Shown: positions 37,291 through 47,530 of the stretch, in pieces | Layout: every line of letters starts with the position of its first letter | Numbering within the stretch: the first letter of the stretch is position 1 | DNA from: Haemophilus parahaemolyticus | GTDB taxonomy: Bacteria; Pseudomonadota; Gammaproteobacteria; Enterobacterales; Pasteurellaceae | Reading direction: 5' to 3' | DNA length: 64,000 bases | Assembly: GCF_938021905.1 (NCBI RefSeq) | Contig: NZ_CALIFA010000030.1 | Span: 22,483 to 86,482, forward strand | Position numbers and translations under genes: made by a program | Notes under the pieces: generated by a model | Databases searched by the model: none | Told to the model about the DNA's origin: nothing | Seen by the model: only the letters and a program-made list of their open reading frames with translations

Positions 37291-40200
37291 CTACCAAGTA
37301 AAGCCTACTTTCACAGCCCCAAATTTCTGCGGAGCAACATCAGAGCCTTTTAGCATCCCGATATGGGTGCTGATATTCCATCTATGGAATTGGGCACTTA
37401 AGCCAACTTCATGAGTAAAATATCGTCCGAATTGTTGCTTCATTACTACATTATTTACGCTTAATGCACCATCAATCGCTAATTTACGTTGTGTTGCATC
37501 ATAGTAGTTTGTTGTGAAACTTGGCGTTACTTTCACACCGTTAATATCGAAGGTTTTATCCAACAGCACGCCTACACGATAAGTAGTTAAACGCAAAGCT
37601 TTGCTGGCGATTTTCGCTTCAGAGAGATTATAAGTTACTCCAGATAAACGGTAATAACGTACACCAATAGATGGTTGTACATTTAACCAACCACTAAGAT
37701 CCCAATTTGCTCCTAAGTTTCCACCTACATTAAAAATATTGCGGTGAAATACGTTATCTTTACCGTCAAATGTTACTGTATTGCGACTACGACCATAACC
37801 TAAGTCAAAACTTGCAAAAATACCGTTCTCCCAGTTACCTTTCATAAATGCATTTACTGATGTAAAACGATGTTTACCAGAAACATTCTCATTAAACTCA
37901 TTATTTGCACGAGAATGAGAAAGTACTGCACCAATTTTTACATTATCTGACACATCTTGAGCAACACCAATTTGAGTGAGCGTCATTGTCTGTTTATAAG
38001 GACGATAATAATCAGAACGATAAGTCTGTTTAGTTGATTCTGTATTCATCCACACATTTGATGGATCCCCACTCGATAAATGGCGATCTAAATTACGCCC
38101 TATTTGCAATGCACCATTTACATTAGCTGAAAGTTCAGATAATGCCGTGTTTGAATAACGACTGATCAACTGTGATTGAACTGGTATGGACACTGTTCCT
38201 GATTGCGTACTTAAAAATTGTTGAATTTCTTGCTCAGTTTGGTAAGCCTTATTAAGGCTATCTAATAATGCTAATACCGACTCATTTAAGGAAGACTGTG
38301 CAATATCCGTCTTACCTTGGTTACCTTGAGCATTAGCTAATGCTTGTTGAGCCAACTCTATACGTTCAATACTTGCATCAATTTCCTCTTCAAATAAAGT
38401 AACATTACCTTCATTCGCTACTTTAGCCACTTTCCGACATATATCAGAAGATAAATTCTGAGCTTCGCAAAGCTGTTGAGCTCGAGCTATACTACTAGAC
38501 AAACCAGCCTGTAAACGATTCATTTCCTCCAATACATTATCTTGGCGAGATTCAAGTGAATGCAAATCTGTTTTTGTTTGATTGACTAGATTCAATAACT
38601 TTTGAACTTCCTGTTGGCTACGTTTCTCTTGCTCACTCAAGCCACGATATTCATTGCGTTGTCTTTCTAATAAAACCTTTAATTGAGTAAATTGTTTATA
38701 TAGTTTACCACGTTTAATAAAACGAATACGGGCTGTTCGATTATACTCTGAAGTAGCTTGGTTGTAGCTATTAGTCGTATTGTGAATCTCCTCTAATAGA
38801 CGACTTGCACGATTCTGATCTATTTTATTCACACCTTCCGCTTGTGTATATGATCTTTGTAAACGTGCTAATTCATGCTCCTTATCTACTAAAGCTTGAT
38901 GTACAACATGAAACTCACGCTGACTATTTGCTACTGACTCCGAATTACTGCCAAAATGTAATTCAGCATCACGCAGTGGATTATATAAACGGTAATCATT
39001 GTTGAAGTTAGCTAAAATATAGCGATATGCACCTAAATCCACAAAACCATTTTCCAAAGCAAAATGTGCATTTTGACGATGCTGATTAGGATGATTCAGT
39101 TTTACCAAACTTAATGGATTTACATTTTTCGGCTCTTCCCCTGTATTCTTCAGTGATAGTAAATAATTCCCAGAGGCTAATCCATTGACAACCACATTAT
39201 CACTACGGCTTTCCGCTACATTTGCTAAGAAACGAAAATGTCCATTACCTGTTAATTGCCCATCCACCACCAACTGATTGAATTTCACCCATCCTTTGTA
39301 AGTAGAACTCATCTCATCATATAAACTATTGAGCGTTATCTGGCTATTAGGTGCAAGAAATAAATTTCCAACCACACTATTATTATTTAACGTCCATTCA
39401 CTATGTGGTAACAAATTAACTTGTGTTTCTGCACCTACTGAATTAATACGCCCCATTAAATGAGCTTTGCCTAAACTAAACTGGCTCTGATGTTCTAATG
39501 AAACATCGCCATATATACTTGTTATAGGAATACTATTAAATGCAGCTTGAGAAATAACGGCCTTTTCTGAACATTTTGTTGTACCACTATAACTTTCTCG
39601 GATACATTCATCAGACTTACCTTGTGCAAATCCAAGTTGAATTTGAGCCTGATGGCGTGCATTAAAGTTACCTTCTAATACACTAACATTACGACTGCTC
39701 TCAAGAGTTGCATTGCCTGCCACATCAAATTCATTTGCTTTGAACTGGCGGTTAATCCAATTTCCTTCTTCAATAACTTCTTTTTTATTAAGATGGTCAT
39801 AGGCGTGCGGAACAGGAACACCTGACAATAGCAATTCCCCGTTTTCTACATAAATATTACCATTAAGATTCGCTCCTCCCGTTAAAGCCCAAATACTATT
39901 TGCAACTTGAGGACGATAAGCAATTGATAATCTTCCATTATGATATTGCTGATCAGTTTCACCAAAAAATCCGCTATACGTATCTAGATGTTTTCGGGCG
40001 TTAGCTTCTGCTAATACTCTCTGAATAACCTCAGATTTATTATTTCCTAAAAATTCCCAGTCATTTGTGGTTTCCATATCCCAAGGGAAATAGGCTCTAG
40101 GATTTTTTCCTTCTTTTAAACGAAAATAATCTAATCGGTTATTCCTATGGTTATTTTTGTATTCATAAATCGCTAATGATGTCGTTGGCTGTTGCCCCCA

Positions 40201-41808
40201 ATTTACCCATTCAATATCTTGTTGAGCAAAATTATCACGCCCAATAACGTTAATTTCGGCTGCTTGAGTACGGCTATTATTAACAATTTTTGCACCATCA
40301 TCCGAATTTTGAATTCGGTGGAAAGTAAGATTATGGCCATTTACATCTAAACGTCCACCACGAAAACCGAAGTAAATATTATCAGGGTTTACTTGTTTGT
40401 CGTTCGCTAAAACTACCGTGCCGCGTCCACTAGTAATCCCCACTTGGTTAAAAGCTTGTTGCTGACCATTTAACGATTTTTGGTCAAGAACAACTGTGCC
40501 CTCACCTACACTAATATCCCCTAAATTTTTGCCTTGACCATCCACATAGAGCGTACCTGTACCGAGTTTTGACAAGCGGTCATTTTGAGGATTTTTCACA
40601 CGCCAATTAACCGTTTTATTGCCATTAACCACAACTCCAGCTCCAAGCCAAGTCACATCATTACCATCAGTTCTAACTATCGCATTTTGGTTAAAATGCA
40701 AGGCACCTGCACCTTGGTTAATACTCTCTTTTAACACAAGAGTTGAACCATCACGTCCAGTAAAATGCACCGTTTTTCCATTATCTAAAGACGGGCGTTG
40801 GCGATATTCATCTTTAGACGCCACATTTACATTTGTAACAGGAATTTCGACCGCTTGATTGCCACTTTGTAAGACACTTCTGCCCGCATTTTGATTTCTC
40901 CACGAGTAAGTTGAGCCATTGAGGCTTACGGTCATTTCATCATTTTCAAATGCACGTTTAATAGAATCTGGCTGTACAATTGTATAAATATTGTTTGCAC
41001 CATCATAGCCATTGAAAGTAGAAAGTACACCCGCCAATACCCAACGCTGCTCTTTAGCATCATAAGCAAGTAAAGCCGAACCACTATCACCTGGTAAGCC
41101 ATAAGTACCCAACATTTCATAAAGATCACCACTAAATAATACCCAATTATCCATTGAACTATTTGGTTTAAGCGGAGTACCTCCTGTAAGATAATTATAA
41201 GCGGAAGTAAGAGATGTCTTTTCTTTACCATCTTTACTACGTAAATATTGGCGCCCAGATCCCACTCGGACAAAATACGGGTAACGCTCTTTATCTAAAA
41301 ACGCACCATTTTTCGGTCCTGTTTTTCTATTGTTATCAAAAGCGATATTATTCAATGGAATTGGAGTAACTTCAGTAACCAGTTTATGCAAACGAGGGGA
41401 ATGGAAGTCGTATTTATCGTGATTATTGCGATCAGTAATCAAATAATCAAAGTGATGGCTATCTGGATTATTACTATTTTCACCAAATTGCACAGAGCCA
41501 TAGCCACTATTGTGTTTAACACTAGCGATATATTGAGGATTAAACAAGGTTGCTACACCACTTACTCGGCTAGCTACGTGTAAATCTGGCATTGGTAAAT
41601 TCGGTAACATGGTACCTACTGATTTACCTTGTTTATCCAAGATAGGAATATTTTTTGCGCCGACAAAGAATTGTCCTTTATTCTCAGCAAAATCGCGGAA
41701 ATATTGATAGTCCACATCATTGCGAACCATTGAGGCTTGCATTCCTGCACACATCACAGCAACATTTAACGCAATAAAAGTTGGACGAAAAATGTTTGAT
41801 TTAGACAT
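37291..41808 (-). CDS. IgA1-protease/Hap-type S6 serine-protease autotransporter (1505 aa)
   Basis: Signal peptide. N-terminal S6 peptidase domain with an active-site GDSGSAL and an N-terminus similar to IgA1 protease (VRNDVDYQYFRDFAENKG...NPQYIASVKH). A long alpha-helical/coiled-coil linker. A C-terminal beta-barrel translocator ending ...KVGFTW. Confidence 0.8.
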   Translation of the reverse strand: MSKSNIFRPTFIALNVAVMCAGMQASMVRNDVDYQYFRDFAENKGQFFVGAKNIPILDKQGKSVGTMLPNLPMPDLHVASRVSGVATLFNPQYIASVKHNSGYGSVQFGENSNNPDSHHFDYLITDRNNHDKYDFHSPRLHKLVTEVTPIPLNNIAFDNNRKTGPKNGAFLDKERYPYFVRVGSGRQYLRSKDGKEKTSLTSAYNYLTGGTPLKPNSSMDNWVLFSGDLYEMLGTYGLPGDSGSALLAYDAKEQRWVLAGVLSTFNGYDGANNIYTIVQPDSIKRAFENDEMTVSLNGSTYSWRNQNAGRSVLQSGNQAVEIPVTNVNVASKDEYRQRPSLDNGKTVHFTGRDGSTLVLKESINQGAGALHFNQNAIVRTDGNDVTWLGAGVVVNGNKTVNWRVKNPQNDRLSKLGTGTLYVDGQGKNLGDISVGEGTVVLDQKSLNGQQQAFNQVGITSGRGTVVLANDKQVNPDNIYFGFRGGRLDVNGHNLTFHRIQNSDDGAKIVNNSRTQAAEINVIGRDNFAQQDIEWVNWGQQPTTSLAIYEYKNNHRNNRLDYFRLKEGKNPRAYFPWDMETTNDWEFLGNNKSEVIQRVLAEANARKHLDTYSGFFGETDQQYHNGRLSIAYRPQVANSIWALTGGANLNGNIYVENGELLLSGVPVPHAYDHLNKKEVIEEGNWINRQFKANEFDVAGNATLESSRNVSVLEGNFNARHQAQIQLGFAQGKSDECIRESYSGTTKCSEKAVISQAAFNSIPITSIYGDVSLEHQSQFSLGKAHLMGRINSVGAETQVNLLPHSEWTLNNNSVVGNLFLAPNSQITLNSLYDEMSSTYKGWVKFNQLVVDGQLTGNGHFRFLANVAESRSDNVVVNGLASGNYLLSLKNTGEEPKNVNPLSLVKLNHPNQHRQNAHFALENGFVDLGAYRYILANFNNDYRLYNPLRDAELHFGSNSESVANSQREFHVVHQALVDKEHELARLQRSYTQAEGVNKIDQNRASRLLEEIHNTTNSYNQATSEYNRTARIRFIKRGKLYKQFTQLKVLLERQRNEYRGLSEQEKRSQQEVQKLLNLVNQTKTDLHSLESRQDNVLEEMNRLQAGLSSSIARAQQLCEAQNLSSDICRKVAKVANEGNVTLFEEEIDASIERIELAQQALANAQGNQGKTDIAQSSLNESVLALLDSLNKAYQTEQEIQQFLSTQSGTVSIPVQSQLISRYSNTALSELSANVNGALQIGRNLDRHLSSGDPSNVWMNTESTKQTYRSDYYRPYKQTMTLTQIGVAQDVSDNVKIGAVLSHSRANNEFNENVSGKHRFTSVNAFMKGNWENGIFASFDLGYGRSRNTVTFDGKDNVFHRNIFNVGGNLGANWDLSGWLNVQPSIGVRYYRLSGVTYNLSEAKIASKALRLTTYRVGVLLDKTFDINGVKVTPSFTTNYYDATQRKLAIDGALSVNNVVMKQQFGRYFTHEVGLSAQFHRWNISTHIGMLKGSDVAPQKFGAVKVGFTW

Positions 41809-41815
41809 AAGAAAA

Positions 41816-41842
41816 CCCTCAGAATCTGGTTATTACTGAGGG
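41816..41842 (-). promoter_or_regulatory. Hairpin between pepN and the autotransporter, overlapping the autotransporter SD
   Basis: ccctcag-N13-ctgaggg. On the minus strand the 3' arm is gaggg(ttttcttATG), i.e. the SD itself, followed by a T-run. It could act as a pepN terminator, an RBS-sequestering structure, or both. Confidence 0.5.
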
Positions 41843-41853
41843 TGATTGTAAGG

Positions 41854-44460
41854 TTATTGTAAAGATTTGTCAATTTTCTCGAACAAATCACGGGCTAGAT
41901 TATCTAACCCTTTTAAGCGCTCCAACCCTCGTTTCATTAAGGTTTGACGCTGCCCATCATAACGAGAAAGTTTAATTAATGGTTCAATTAAACGTGATGC
42001 AACTTGCGGATTGCTCTCATTTAATTTAATCAACACGTCCACTAAGAAACGATAACCTGAACCATCAATGTTGTGGAAGGCTTTAGGATTCTGGCTAGCA
42101 AATACTCCCACGACTGCACGCACACGGTTTGGATTGTTAAAATTGAAACTTCTATGATTTAACAAGCCTTGAACGACATTCAATACATCTTCATCAGGAC
42201 GAGTCGCTTGCAGAGCAAACCATTTATCCATGACTAGGCCATCTTGATACCATTTCGCCTCAAAATCAGCTAACAATTCATCTCGGCACTCTAATTCTGC
42301 TTTGGTTGCAGCGGAAAGTGCCGCAAGCGTATCAGTCATATTATTCGCTTGATCGTAGTGAGTTTTAACCAATTTCTCACCCAAATCGGTAAAGGCAAGG
42401 TAAGACAAGCAAACATTACGCAACGCACGTTTTGCAATATCTTGTTCGCAAACGCGATATGTACCGCATTTATTCGCATTGTAAAGTTTGTATAAACGGT
42501 CTTCAAAATAAGCCGCAATTGACTCAATGAGGAACTCACGTACTTTCGCAATACCCACAGGATCAATCGTGTCGAATAACTCGGCAAAATCGGTTTCTTT
42601 CGGCATCGTCAACATTAATGCGGTAAGCTGCGGATCTTTCACATTATCAAGTAACATCTCAATCGCAGAGCCAAACTCGTGTGAGAATTGCATCATTCCG
42701 CCTTGTTGCAAGCGGGTTAAATTCTCTTTTAATTCGCCATTAAAGAGCGATTGAATCGCATCCCAACGGACAAAATCATTTTCCGCAAATTTCAATAAAC
42801 TAATCAATTGAGATTTGCTATAGCTGAAATCTAACTTCACAGGGGCAGAGAAATCGCACAATAACGCCGGCACTGGCTTCGTTTTCACGCCAAAAAACTC
42901 AAATGTTTGTTGGCTTTCAGTCACATTTAACATATCCGACATTTCCGCGGCTTCGCTTCTTAGCGGTAAATTTTGACCGCTTGTCGGATCAATCAATGCC
43001 ACTTTAAGCGGAATATGCAAGCTGAGTTTTTCGACTTGGTCTGCTGTTGCTGGCGTATGTTGGCTTACGTGTAAGCGATAAACTTGACGAGCTTCATCAT
43101 ATTCATCGGTTACCGTTAAAATTGGCGTACCTGATTGGCTATACCAGCGGCGGAATTGGGCTAAATCCACGCCAGAAGCACGTTCCATTGCGGAAACAAA
43201 ATCTTCACAAGTCGCTGCTGTGCCATCGTTTTCTGCCACATAAAGTTGCATTCCTTTTTGGAATTTCTCTTCACCTAAAAGCGTATGAATCATTCGAATC
43301 ACTTCCGCCCCCTTCTCGTAAACGGTCACCGTGTAGAAGTTGTTCATCTCAATCACTTTTTCAGGGCGAATTGGGTGTGCCATCGGGCTCGCATCTTCGG
43401 CAAATTGTACGGTACGTAACAAACGCACATCTTCAATACGTTTTGCAGAGCGAGACCACAAGTCAGAGGTAAATTCTTGATCGCGGAATACGGTTAAGCC
43501 CTCTTTTAAACTTAACTGGAACCAATCTCGACAAGTAATGCGGTTACCCGTCCAATTATGGAAATATTCGTGTGCGATCACACTTTCGACATTGGTGTAA
43601 TCTTCATCAGTTGCAGTTTCTGGTTTTGCCAATACGAACTTAGAGTTAAAGACATTCAAGCCCTTATTCTCCATTGCACCCATATTGAAGAAATCAACTG
43701 CGACAATCATATAAATATCCAAATCGTATTCTAAACCGAAACGATCTTCGTCCCATTTCATCGCACGTTTTAAGCTCTCCATTGCCCAACCTGCACGGTC
43801 TAAGTTACCCTTATCAACATAGATCTCAAGTGCCACTTCACGCCCGCTTTTCGTGATGAATTTATCTTGCAATAAATCAAAATCACCTGCCACCAACGCA
43901 AACAGATAGCTTGGTTTGAAGAACGGATCTTCCCACTCTACCCAATGGCGACCGTCCGCTAATTTACCTTGTGCAATGCGGTTACCGTTCGAAAGTAAGA
44001 ACGGATATTTTTCCTTGCTAGCAGTAATCTTTGTACGATATTTTGCAAGGACGTCTGGTCTGTCTAGCATATAAGTAATTTGACGGAAACCTTCTGCTTC
44101 GCACTGCGTACAAATTCCATCGCCCGACTGATACAAGCCCTGCAATGAGGTGTTTTGTGCAGGATTTAAGGCAGTTTCAATTTGCAATTGGAATTTATCC
44201 GCTTGCTCTGCTACATTCACCGTCAATGATTCCTCATCTCGTTCAAACTCAACGTGTTCTTGCCCATTCAGTTTTAACGAGAGAAAATCAAAACTATGCC
44301 CATCTAATTTCAGATGAGTCGCCCCTTCAGTTTTACGCTCAACATTGAGTACAGAAGTTACAAATGTTCTGTCTGCATCAAGTTGAATGTCTAAATAAAT
44401 CTCCGTGATCGTGAAATCAGGAGCACGATAGTCCTTACGGAATTTTGCTTTTGGTTGCAT
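41854..44460 (-). CDS. pepN: Aminopeptidase N
   Basis: Start at MQPKAKFRKDYRAPDF (ATG 44460, SD aagga). HEYFHNWTGNR zinc motif. Collinear with E. coli PepN. Confidence 0.95.
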   Translation of the reverse strand: MQPKAKFRKDYRAPDFTITEIYLDIQLDADRTFVTSVLNVERKTEGATHLKLDGHSFDFLSLKLNGQEHVEFERDEESLTVNVAEQADKFQLQIETALNPAQNTSLQGLYQSGDGICTQCEAEGFRQITYMLDRPDVLAKYRTKITASKEKYPFLLSNGNRIAQGKLADGRHWVEWEDPFFKPSYLFALVAGDFDLLQDKFITKSGREVALEIYVDKGNLDRAGWAMESLKRAMKWDEDRFGLEYDLDIYMIVAVDFFNMGAMENKGLNVFNSKFVLAKPETATDEDYTNVESVIAHEYFHNWTGNRITCRDWFQLSLKEGLTVFRDQEFTSDLWSRSAKRIEDVRLLRTVQFAEDASPMAHPIRPEKVIEMNNFYTVTVYEKGAEVIRMIHTLLGEEKFQKGMQLYVAENDGTAATCEDFVSAMERASGVDLAQFRRWYSQSGTPILTVTDEYDEARQVYRLHVSQHTPATADQVEKLSLHIPLKVALIDPTSGQNLPLRSEAAEMSDMLNVTESQQTFEFFGVKTKPVPALLCDFSAPVKLDFSYSKSQLISLLKFAENDFVRWDAIQSLFNGELKENLTRLQQGGMMQFSHEFGSAIEMLLDNVKDPQLTALMLTMPKETDFAELFDTIDPVGIAKVREFLIESIAAYFEDRLYKLYNANKCGTYRVCEQDIAKRALRNVCLSYLAFTDLGEKLVKTHYDQANNMTDTLAALSAATKAELECRDELLADFEAKWYQDGLVMDKWFALQATRPDEDVLNVVQGLLNHRSFNFNNPNRVRAVVGVFASQNPKAFHNIDGSGYRFLVDVLIKLNESNPQVASRLIEPLIKLSRYDGQRQTLMKRGLERLKGLDNLARDLFEKIDKSLQ

Positions 44461-44491
44461 ATATTGTCCTTTCATTTATTAAATCAACCAC

Positions 44492-45436
44492 TTACTCTTC
44501 ATATAGATTGAGATCACTCTCATTCAGTCGTGTTTTAAACCGACGGTGCAACCACATATATTGTTCGATTGCATTGAGAATTTCGCCTTCTACTACTTTA
44601 TTCATTTTAGTTGCAGTTTGAACATCATCTTCACAATCTGAAAAATCAACTGCTGGGCTGATTTTTACAGTATAACCCGAAAAATCCTCATTTCGTATTG
44701 GCGAAAATGGCACAACCTTTGTTTGTGGAGCAGATTTTAAAAGCATTCTTGTTCCTGCTGTCGTGCAAGCTTCTTTTACCGCAAAAAAGGGAACAAATAC
44801 GCTGTTTTTTCGACCGTAATCGTGATCTGGAGCATACCAAATGGTTTCTCCAGCTTTTAATGCTTTAATCATTCCACGTAAATCGCTACGATTGAGCATT
44901 GCTTTATTTGAGCGAATTCTACCGCGAAATTGGAGCCAATCGAGTAACAGATTATCATTAGGGCGATAAACACCTATCCCTTGATGATGTAATCCAACAA
45001 TTCTTGCGCCTAGTTCAAGTGTTAAAAAATGCACGCCGACGAAAAGAATCCCTGTATCTTTAGGTACATTTTTTAAATGCTCAATGCCTTCCACTTTAGA
45101 CCATTTTAAAATACGTTTATCTGACCAGAACCACGCCATTCCTGTTTCAATAATAGCCATTCCGACAGATTCAATGTTTTTCGCTAAAATTTGTTCAATT
45201 TGCTCTTGAGAATAATCAGGAAAACACAATTCAAGATTACGTTTAGCGATACAAATACGGCGTTTTCCAAAGCTAAATTTGGAAAATAGTTTGCCTAATC
45301 CTTTACCTAAAAATACCAATACGGGGTAAGGCAGCACTAAAATAAGCTTAAAAATACCAAGCCCAAACCATAAGCCCCAATATCGAGGTTTTAAGAAAGC
45401 AGACTGAAAAGGAGGAAGTTGTTTGTTTTCTATCAT
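44492..45436 (-). CDS. lpxL: Kdo2-lipid IVA late acyltransferase (LpxL/HtrB family)
   Basis: 314 aa. Collinear with E. coli LpxL (PRYW..W.G.G, HRNLELCFP, ...YMWLHRRFKTR). Confidence 0.85.
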   Translation of the reverse strand: MIENKQLPPFQSAFLKPRYWGLWFGLGIFKLILVLPYPVLVFLGKGLGKLFSKFSFGKRRICIAKRNLELCFPDYSQEQIEQILAKNIESVGMAIIETGMAWFWSDKRILKWSKVEGIEHLKNVPKDTGILFVGVHFLTLELGARIVGLHHQGIGVYRPNDNLLLDWLQFRGRIRSNKAMLNRSDLRGMIKALKAGETIWYAPDHDYGRKNSVFVPFFAVKEACTTAGTRMLLKSAPQTKVVPFSPIRNEDFSGYTVKISPAVDFSDCEDDVQTATKMNKVVEGEILNAIEQYMWLHRRFKTRLNESDLNLYEE

Positions 45437-45606
45437 AGATTATGTATGTTGATTTCTGTAGTGCTAAATTATAGCCAAAAGACAATAAAAAATGTTAAGT
45501 TGATCACAAATTTGAAATTTAATGAAAAATTATTCTTGAAAGGTTGGAGCAAAAGGCATATTTTAAAACCATCAAGAACAACTAAACTAACGAAGAGGAA
45601 AACGTT

Positions 45607-45891
45607 ATGTCACTCAATATCTCTAGCAAACAAATGGACATTACCCCTGCAATCCGTACTCATATTGAGGAGCGTTTAGCGAAATTCGATAAATTTCAAC
45701 TCCAATTGATTAACCCACATTTCATTATTATTAAACAGCCTAATAGCTATGAAGTGGATGCAACCATTGGTTCGCCTCTAGGTGATTTAGTTGCTAAAGC
45801 AGAAAATGAAGATCTGTATAATGCAATCAATGATCTTGCGAAAAAATTAGAAGCTCAGCTCATTAAATTAAAAGAGAAAAAAGAGCACTAA
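45607..45891 (+). CDS. hpf: Ribosome hibernation promoting factor / RaiA family
   Basis: 94 aa. MSLNISSKQMDITPAIRTHIEERL..., sigma-54 modulation protein family. Confidence 0.85.
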   Translation: MSLNISSKQMDITPAIRTHIEERLAKFDKFQLQLINPHFIIIKQPNSYEVDATIGSPLGDLVAKAENEDLYNAINDLAKKLEAQLIKLKEKKEH

Positions 45892-45916
45892 TCTTTAATC
45901 GATAAAATAAAATACA

Positions 45917-45958
45917 AAAGCCAAGTGGCAAAACAAAATGCCATTTGGCTTTTTTTTT
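45917..45958. terminator. Bidirectional terminator between hpf and truA
   Basis: aaaagccaagtggca-N8-tgccatttggcttttttttt. Confidence 0.7.
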
Positions 45959-45964
45959 GTATCT

Positions 45965-46750
45965 TTACTCTGGTAAAAATAACGGCCCTAGTGCAGTTTT
46001 AGGAATACCAAAATGCTCAGGATAATTCACATCGACCAAATATAAACCTTCTGCTTTTGCCGTTGGTGCAGCTAACTTGCGATCTTTTTGTTCAAGCAAC
46101 CACTTAATCCATTCGACAGGCTGAGCCCCTTTACCCACCTCAATCAAACTGCCCACAATATTACGCACCATATGATGCACAAAAGCATTCGCTTGAATAT
46201 CCACGATAATATAATTTCCCATTCGAGATACATTGAGATGATGAATATTTCGCCAAGGCGTATGTGACTGACATTTGGCTGCACGGAAAGACGAAAAATC
46301 ATTTTCACCCAATAAAAATTGCCCAGCTTCATGCATTTTTTCGTGCTCAAGGTCACAGTGATAATGGGAAACACCGTGCGGTAAAATCGCAGAACGTAGT
46401 TTGCAACTTAAGATAATATAACGATAACGACGAGCAGTTGCACTAAAACGTGCGTGAAAATTTTCAGGCACATCCACCGCCCACTTCACCGAAATATCAT
46501 CAGGCAGATGTGCATTTGTACCGAAACACCAACTTTCTAAAGGACGTTGCACCTCAGTTTCGAAATGCACGACTTGCCCCGTACCGTGTACGCCAGAGTC
46601 TGTCCTTCCCGCACAAAACACTTCGATCGGAGAATTAGCAATAACGGATAACGCCTCTTCTAGTTTTTGTTGTACGCTTAATACACTCTCTTGACGCTGC
46701 CAACCAAAATATTGACTGCCGTCATACTCAATCCCTAACGCGATTTTCAT
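45965..46750 (-). CDS. truA: tRNA pseudouridine(38-40) synthase
   Basis: 261 aa. GRTDSGVHG catalytic motif. Confidence 0.9.
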   Translation of the reverse strand: MKIALGIEYDGSQYFGWQRQESVLSVQQKLEEALSVIANSPIEVFCAGRTDSGVHGTGQVVHFETEVQRPLESWCFGTNAHLPDDISVKWAVDVPENFHARFSATARRYRYIILSCKLRSAILPHGVSHYHCDLEHEKMHEAGQFLLGENDFSSFRAAKCQSHTPWRNIHHLNVSRMGNYIIVDIQANAFVHHMVRNIVGSLIEVGKGAQPVEWIKWLLEQKDRKLAAPTAKAEGLYLVDVNYPEHFGIPKTALGPLFLPE

Positions 46751-46756
46751 TTGAAT

Positions 46757-47431
46757 TTATTTTTTAATTAATGTTAAAAATTCTTTACGAACATCACGAT
46801 CGTCTAAGAAAACGCCACCAAAAGCCGATGTTACTGTATAACTATTCGTATCTTTCACACCACGACATTTCACGCAGAAATGGGTTGCTTTTACATACAC
46901 CGCAACATCTTCGGTTTCCAAAATCGTCTGAAAAGCAGTTAAAATCTGCTCAGTAAAACGCTCTTGCACTTGCGGACGTTGTGCAAAAAATTGCACCACA
47001 CGATTGATTTTTGATAACCCGATCACCCATTTTTTCGGATAATATGCCACAGCCACTTTACCATCAATGGTCACAAAATGGTGTTCACAGGTAGAAGTCA
47101 AAGTAATATCATCCACCAATACCATTTCGCTTACCTTCATACGGTTCTCAATGTTAGTAATTTTCGGGAAAGTAGCATAATCCAAGCCGCTGAAAATTTC
47201 ATCAACATACATTTTCGCTAAACGATTTGGCGTTTCCTCAAGGCTATCATCTTGCAAATCTAACCCTAGCAATTCCAATACTGAACGCATATGCACTTGA
47301 ATTTCAGCACGACGGCTGTCTTTATCTTTGGTGTGTGGCACAGTGGGCGTTTCAATGCCTTTGGCAAGCAATGCATTACGCACTTTCTGTGCTTCGTCTG
47401 AAAGACCTAAAATAGGTGAGATCGTTGTCAT
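46757..47431 (-). CDS. folE: GTP cyclohydrolase I
   Basis: From MTTISPIL (ATG 47431, SD gagagga); the track start is a TTG extension. Near-identical core to E. coli FolE ([13 protein letters not shown]...TSTCEHHFV). Confidence 0.9.
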   Translation of the reverse strand: MTTISPILGLSDEAQKVRNALLAKGIETPTVPHTKDKDSRRAEIQVHMRSVLELLGLDLQDDSLEETPNRLAKMYVDEIFSGLDYATFPKITNIENRMKVSEMVLVDDITLTSTCEHHFVTIDGKVAVAYYPKKWVIGLSKINRVVQFFAQRPQVQERFTEQILTAFQTILETEDVAVYVKATHFCVKCRGVKDTNSYTVTSAFGGVFLDDRDVRKEFLTLIKK

Positions 47432-47530
47432 TTGGTTTCCTCTCAATTTAAGGCGGGAATTTTAACAAATTGACATCGAAAAAAATAGCTCTAAAATCTA
47501 GGGAATTGATTTAATAGCCTTATTCTTCCT

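Noticed and set aside
37291-41808. Whether the autotransporter is specifically IgA1 protease versus Hap adhesin
   Set aside because: Both share the S6 domain and beta-barrel. The length (1505 aa) and coiled-coil linker favour Iga-like, but substrate specificity cannot be decided from sequence, so it was called only at family level.
45544-45560. Possible sigma-54 (-24/-12) promoter TGGAGC-N4-GGCATA upstream of hpf
   Set aside because: Only the GG-N10-GC spacing matches. The flanking consensus (TGGCAC / TTGCA) is poorly matched, so this is not reportable.
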